Source: an uncultured Clostridia bacterium
GTDB taxonomy: Bacteria > Bacillota > Clostridia > Christensenellales > Borkfalkiaceae
Reading direction: 5' to 3'
DNA: 51,873 nt
NCBI GenBank assembly: GCA_947174975.1
Contig: CAMWLA010000001.1
Span: 1 to 51,873, forward strand
Shown piece after piece: positions 50,370-51,873 of the stretch (positions are counted from its first letter, which is position 1; each line of letters begins with the position of its first letter). A program made the position numbers and the translations under genes. The notes beneath the pieces are model-generated. The model made no database searches. It was not told where the DNA came from and saw only the letters and a program-made list of their open reading frames with translations.

Positions 50370-51873
50370 TTATATTTGTCTACTTTCGTGACAGCAGAAA
50401 TAAATTATCTGCTTATTTTTTGCAAGTTCTTTTAAAAGCACTTCCGCGCGCTTCATATGCTCGCCGTCGAGGTGAACGAACGGATCGTCCATAATTATGA
50501 ACGGCTTTTCGCCCTTGTACATATTGTCAATAAGCGCAAGCCTTAAACACAGCGCGCAAAGGCTTTTCTGCCCCGCGCTGAGGTGCGTGTCGCTTCTCAG
50601 CTCGCCGCCGCGCTCGAAGCGGACTTTGAAATCTTTATCGAACGCCACCCTTTCACCGAGCACGGTTTCCAAAAGACCGCTGTAATTTAAAAAGCTGTTT
50701 TTGACCGGGGATACGTATCTGTCTTTGAGGTTCTGCTCCGCTTGTTCCAAAAGATATAAAGTCTTGACTAAAATGTCGTATTTCTTTTTGAGTGCGGCCT
50801 CTTCTTCCAAAGCCGTTTCAAGCTCTTCGCGAAGCTCGGCAAGTCTTTCAACCGCGGCTTCGTCGTCGGCTATATCCCTATCCAAAAGACTGAGCTCTTC
50901 GCGCTTTCTTGAAAGCTCGGCGTCTATGCTTTGAGTATCCTCTTCACCGGCGGGGCGCTCTTCCAAACCGTTTTCCGCCTTGTAATCCGCCGCCCTCTTT
51001 TCAAGCCTTTCTATATTTGCAATAAGTCTGTCGGCCTCGGCGCTGTCGCGCTCGATTTCGTTTGCAAGCTCACTGAGGTTTGCGCGCGGTGCTATCGAAT
51101 ACTTTGAAAGTATATTTTGTATTGCGTGCGTGTATTCTTCTATTTCGGTTTTGCCCGCGTCCGAACGCTTTATAGTATCCTCTTTTTCCGCGTTGAGCGC
51201 GGTATATTCCGTCGCCAACGCGCCGAGGCGGGTCAAGTCCGCCTGAATGTTTTCACCGTCAAAATCATATCTTGCAAGGAAAGCCAAAACCCGCGCCTTA
51301 TGCCCGTCCGCTTCCGCTCTCTTTTCCGACAAAAGCGTTTCATACTTTGCGCGTTCCTCAACGCTTGAATTGTATATTTCCAAATCGCGGGTTAGGTTGT
51401 TGAAATCAACCTCGATACCGCCGTCCGAATAGTAGCCGCAACGCGCAAGGAAACTCCTTATTTCATTTTCAAGCCCGCTGCTTTCCGCGGTGGGCACAAC
51501 CTTCATACTGTTTATCTGACCGGTAAAATACGTAAATATTCCCGCAAGCGCCAGAACGCCGCCCACACCCAGAAGTATACCGCCGTAAAGCATCTTCTGC
51601 ATAAACATCATAGCCGCGCCCGCGCCGAGTGCCACAACAGCGACAACTGCCAGAACCAACGCGATTTTTTTGCTAACCGATGCGCGGGGTGCTTGATTAT
51701 TTTTCTTTTCGCGCAAGGATATGAGCTTGTCACTGTACTTTTTAACTTCTTCCGCTTCGGGCACGCCCATGGGGAATTTATTTGCCCCGCCGCCCTTGAC
51801 TAAGCTTTCGTAATTGGAAATTTCCGCTTCCAGCCTTATGATTTCCGCAGCGGTCTCGTTTGCGGAATTAATT
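50370..51873 (-). CDS. SMC/YhaN-like AAA ATPase with internal TM hairpin (5' end outside the window)
   Basis: C-terminal ABC/SMC signature LSAGQKSL plus Walker B FIIMDDPFVHLD. Long coiled coil. The frame stays open from 51770 to the window edge, so the gene is truncated. Confidence 0.75.
   Translation of the reverse strand, partial: INSANETAAEIIRLEAEISNYESLVKGGGANKFPMGVPEAEEVKKYSDKLISLREKKNNQAPRASVSKKIALVLAVVAVVALGAGAAMMFMQKMLYGGILLGVGGVLALAGIFTYFTGQINSMKVVPTAESSGLENEIRSFLARCGYYSDGGIEVDFNNLTRDLEIYNSSVEERAKYETLLSEKRAEADGHKARVLAFLARYDFDGENIQADLTRLGALATEYTALNAEKEDTIKRSDAGKTEIEEYTHAIQNILSKYSIAPRANLSELANEIERDSAEADRLIANIERLEKRAADYKAENGLEERPAGEEDTQSIDAELSRKREELSLLDRDIADDEAAVERLAELREELETALEEEAALKKKYDILVKTLYLLEQAEQNLKDRYVSPVKNSFLNYSGLLETVLGERVAFDKDFKVRFERGGELRSDTHLSAGQKSLCALCLRLALIDNMYKGEKPFIIMDDPFVHLDGEHMKRAEVLLKELAKNKQIIYFCCHESRQI

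Noticed and set aside
1-51873. Scan for tRNA, rRNA, CRISPR arrays, IS elements, integrases and prophage structural genes.
   Set aside because: No cloverleaf-like or rRNA-like segments were found. No regularly spaced direct repeats occur outside coding low-complexity tracts. No transposase or integrase motif appears in any ORF. The window appears to be core chromosome, apart from the small XRE cassette.

Overview
This is a 51,873-bp chromosomal window that reads like a Firmicutes (Clostridia-type) genome. It has AAGGAG/GGAGG ribosome-binding sites, lipobox lipoproteins, an rpsB-tsf pair, and rplU-rpmA with an N-terminally extended L27. I call 56 CDS, 47 of them on the minus strand. I saw no rRNA, tRNA, CRISPR array, transposase or integrase. 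Layout: (1) 1-17.4 kb holds housekeeping and miscellaneous genes: tsf, rpsB, a rhomboid, ruvX, a HIT plus GltD-like operon, a BspA-type LRR lipoprotein, a SecB-like protein, RNase G/E, rplU-rpmA, GNAT-AraC, small membrane regulators, a hydrolase, an acetyltransferase and a MerR. (2) 17.4-42.4 kb is one large pectin/oligogalacturonide utilisation locus. It carries GH105, GH28, CE8 pectinesterase, a CUT1-type ABC importer with an ~885-aa lipoprotein binding protein, two MsmX-type ATPases, uxaC-uxaA-uxaB, kduI, kdgK and a KDPG aldolase fused to a VOC-like domain. Six membrane proteins of unknown function lie within this locus. A low-GC three-gene XRE/Cys-rich cassette interrupts it. (3) 42.5-51.9 kb holds a COG0523 metallochaperone pair, one member with an extreme His/Cys-rich insert. 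It also holds a two-gene operon of low-complexity proteins (uL15-like C-terminal domain; DUF2188), patB, DUF3737, upp and a truncated SMC/YhaN-like ATPase. The signals most worth follow-up are non-coding. (i) A six-copy ~110-nt strictly intergenic element has three nested helices that covary between copies. (ii) A ~185-nt promoter-proximal leader is duplicated upstream of two unrelated operons (HIT/GltD-like and RNase G/E). Its 13-bp stem differs between copies at six positions, all compensated, under an invariant loop, and its base abuts the Shine-Dalgarno. Neither matches a named RNA family that I can recall, and both need covariance-model searches. All calls come from reading the sequence and ORF translations only; family names are pattern recognition from memory, not database hits.
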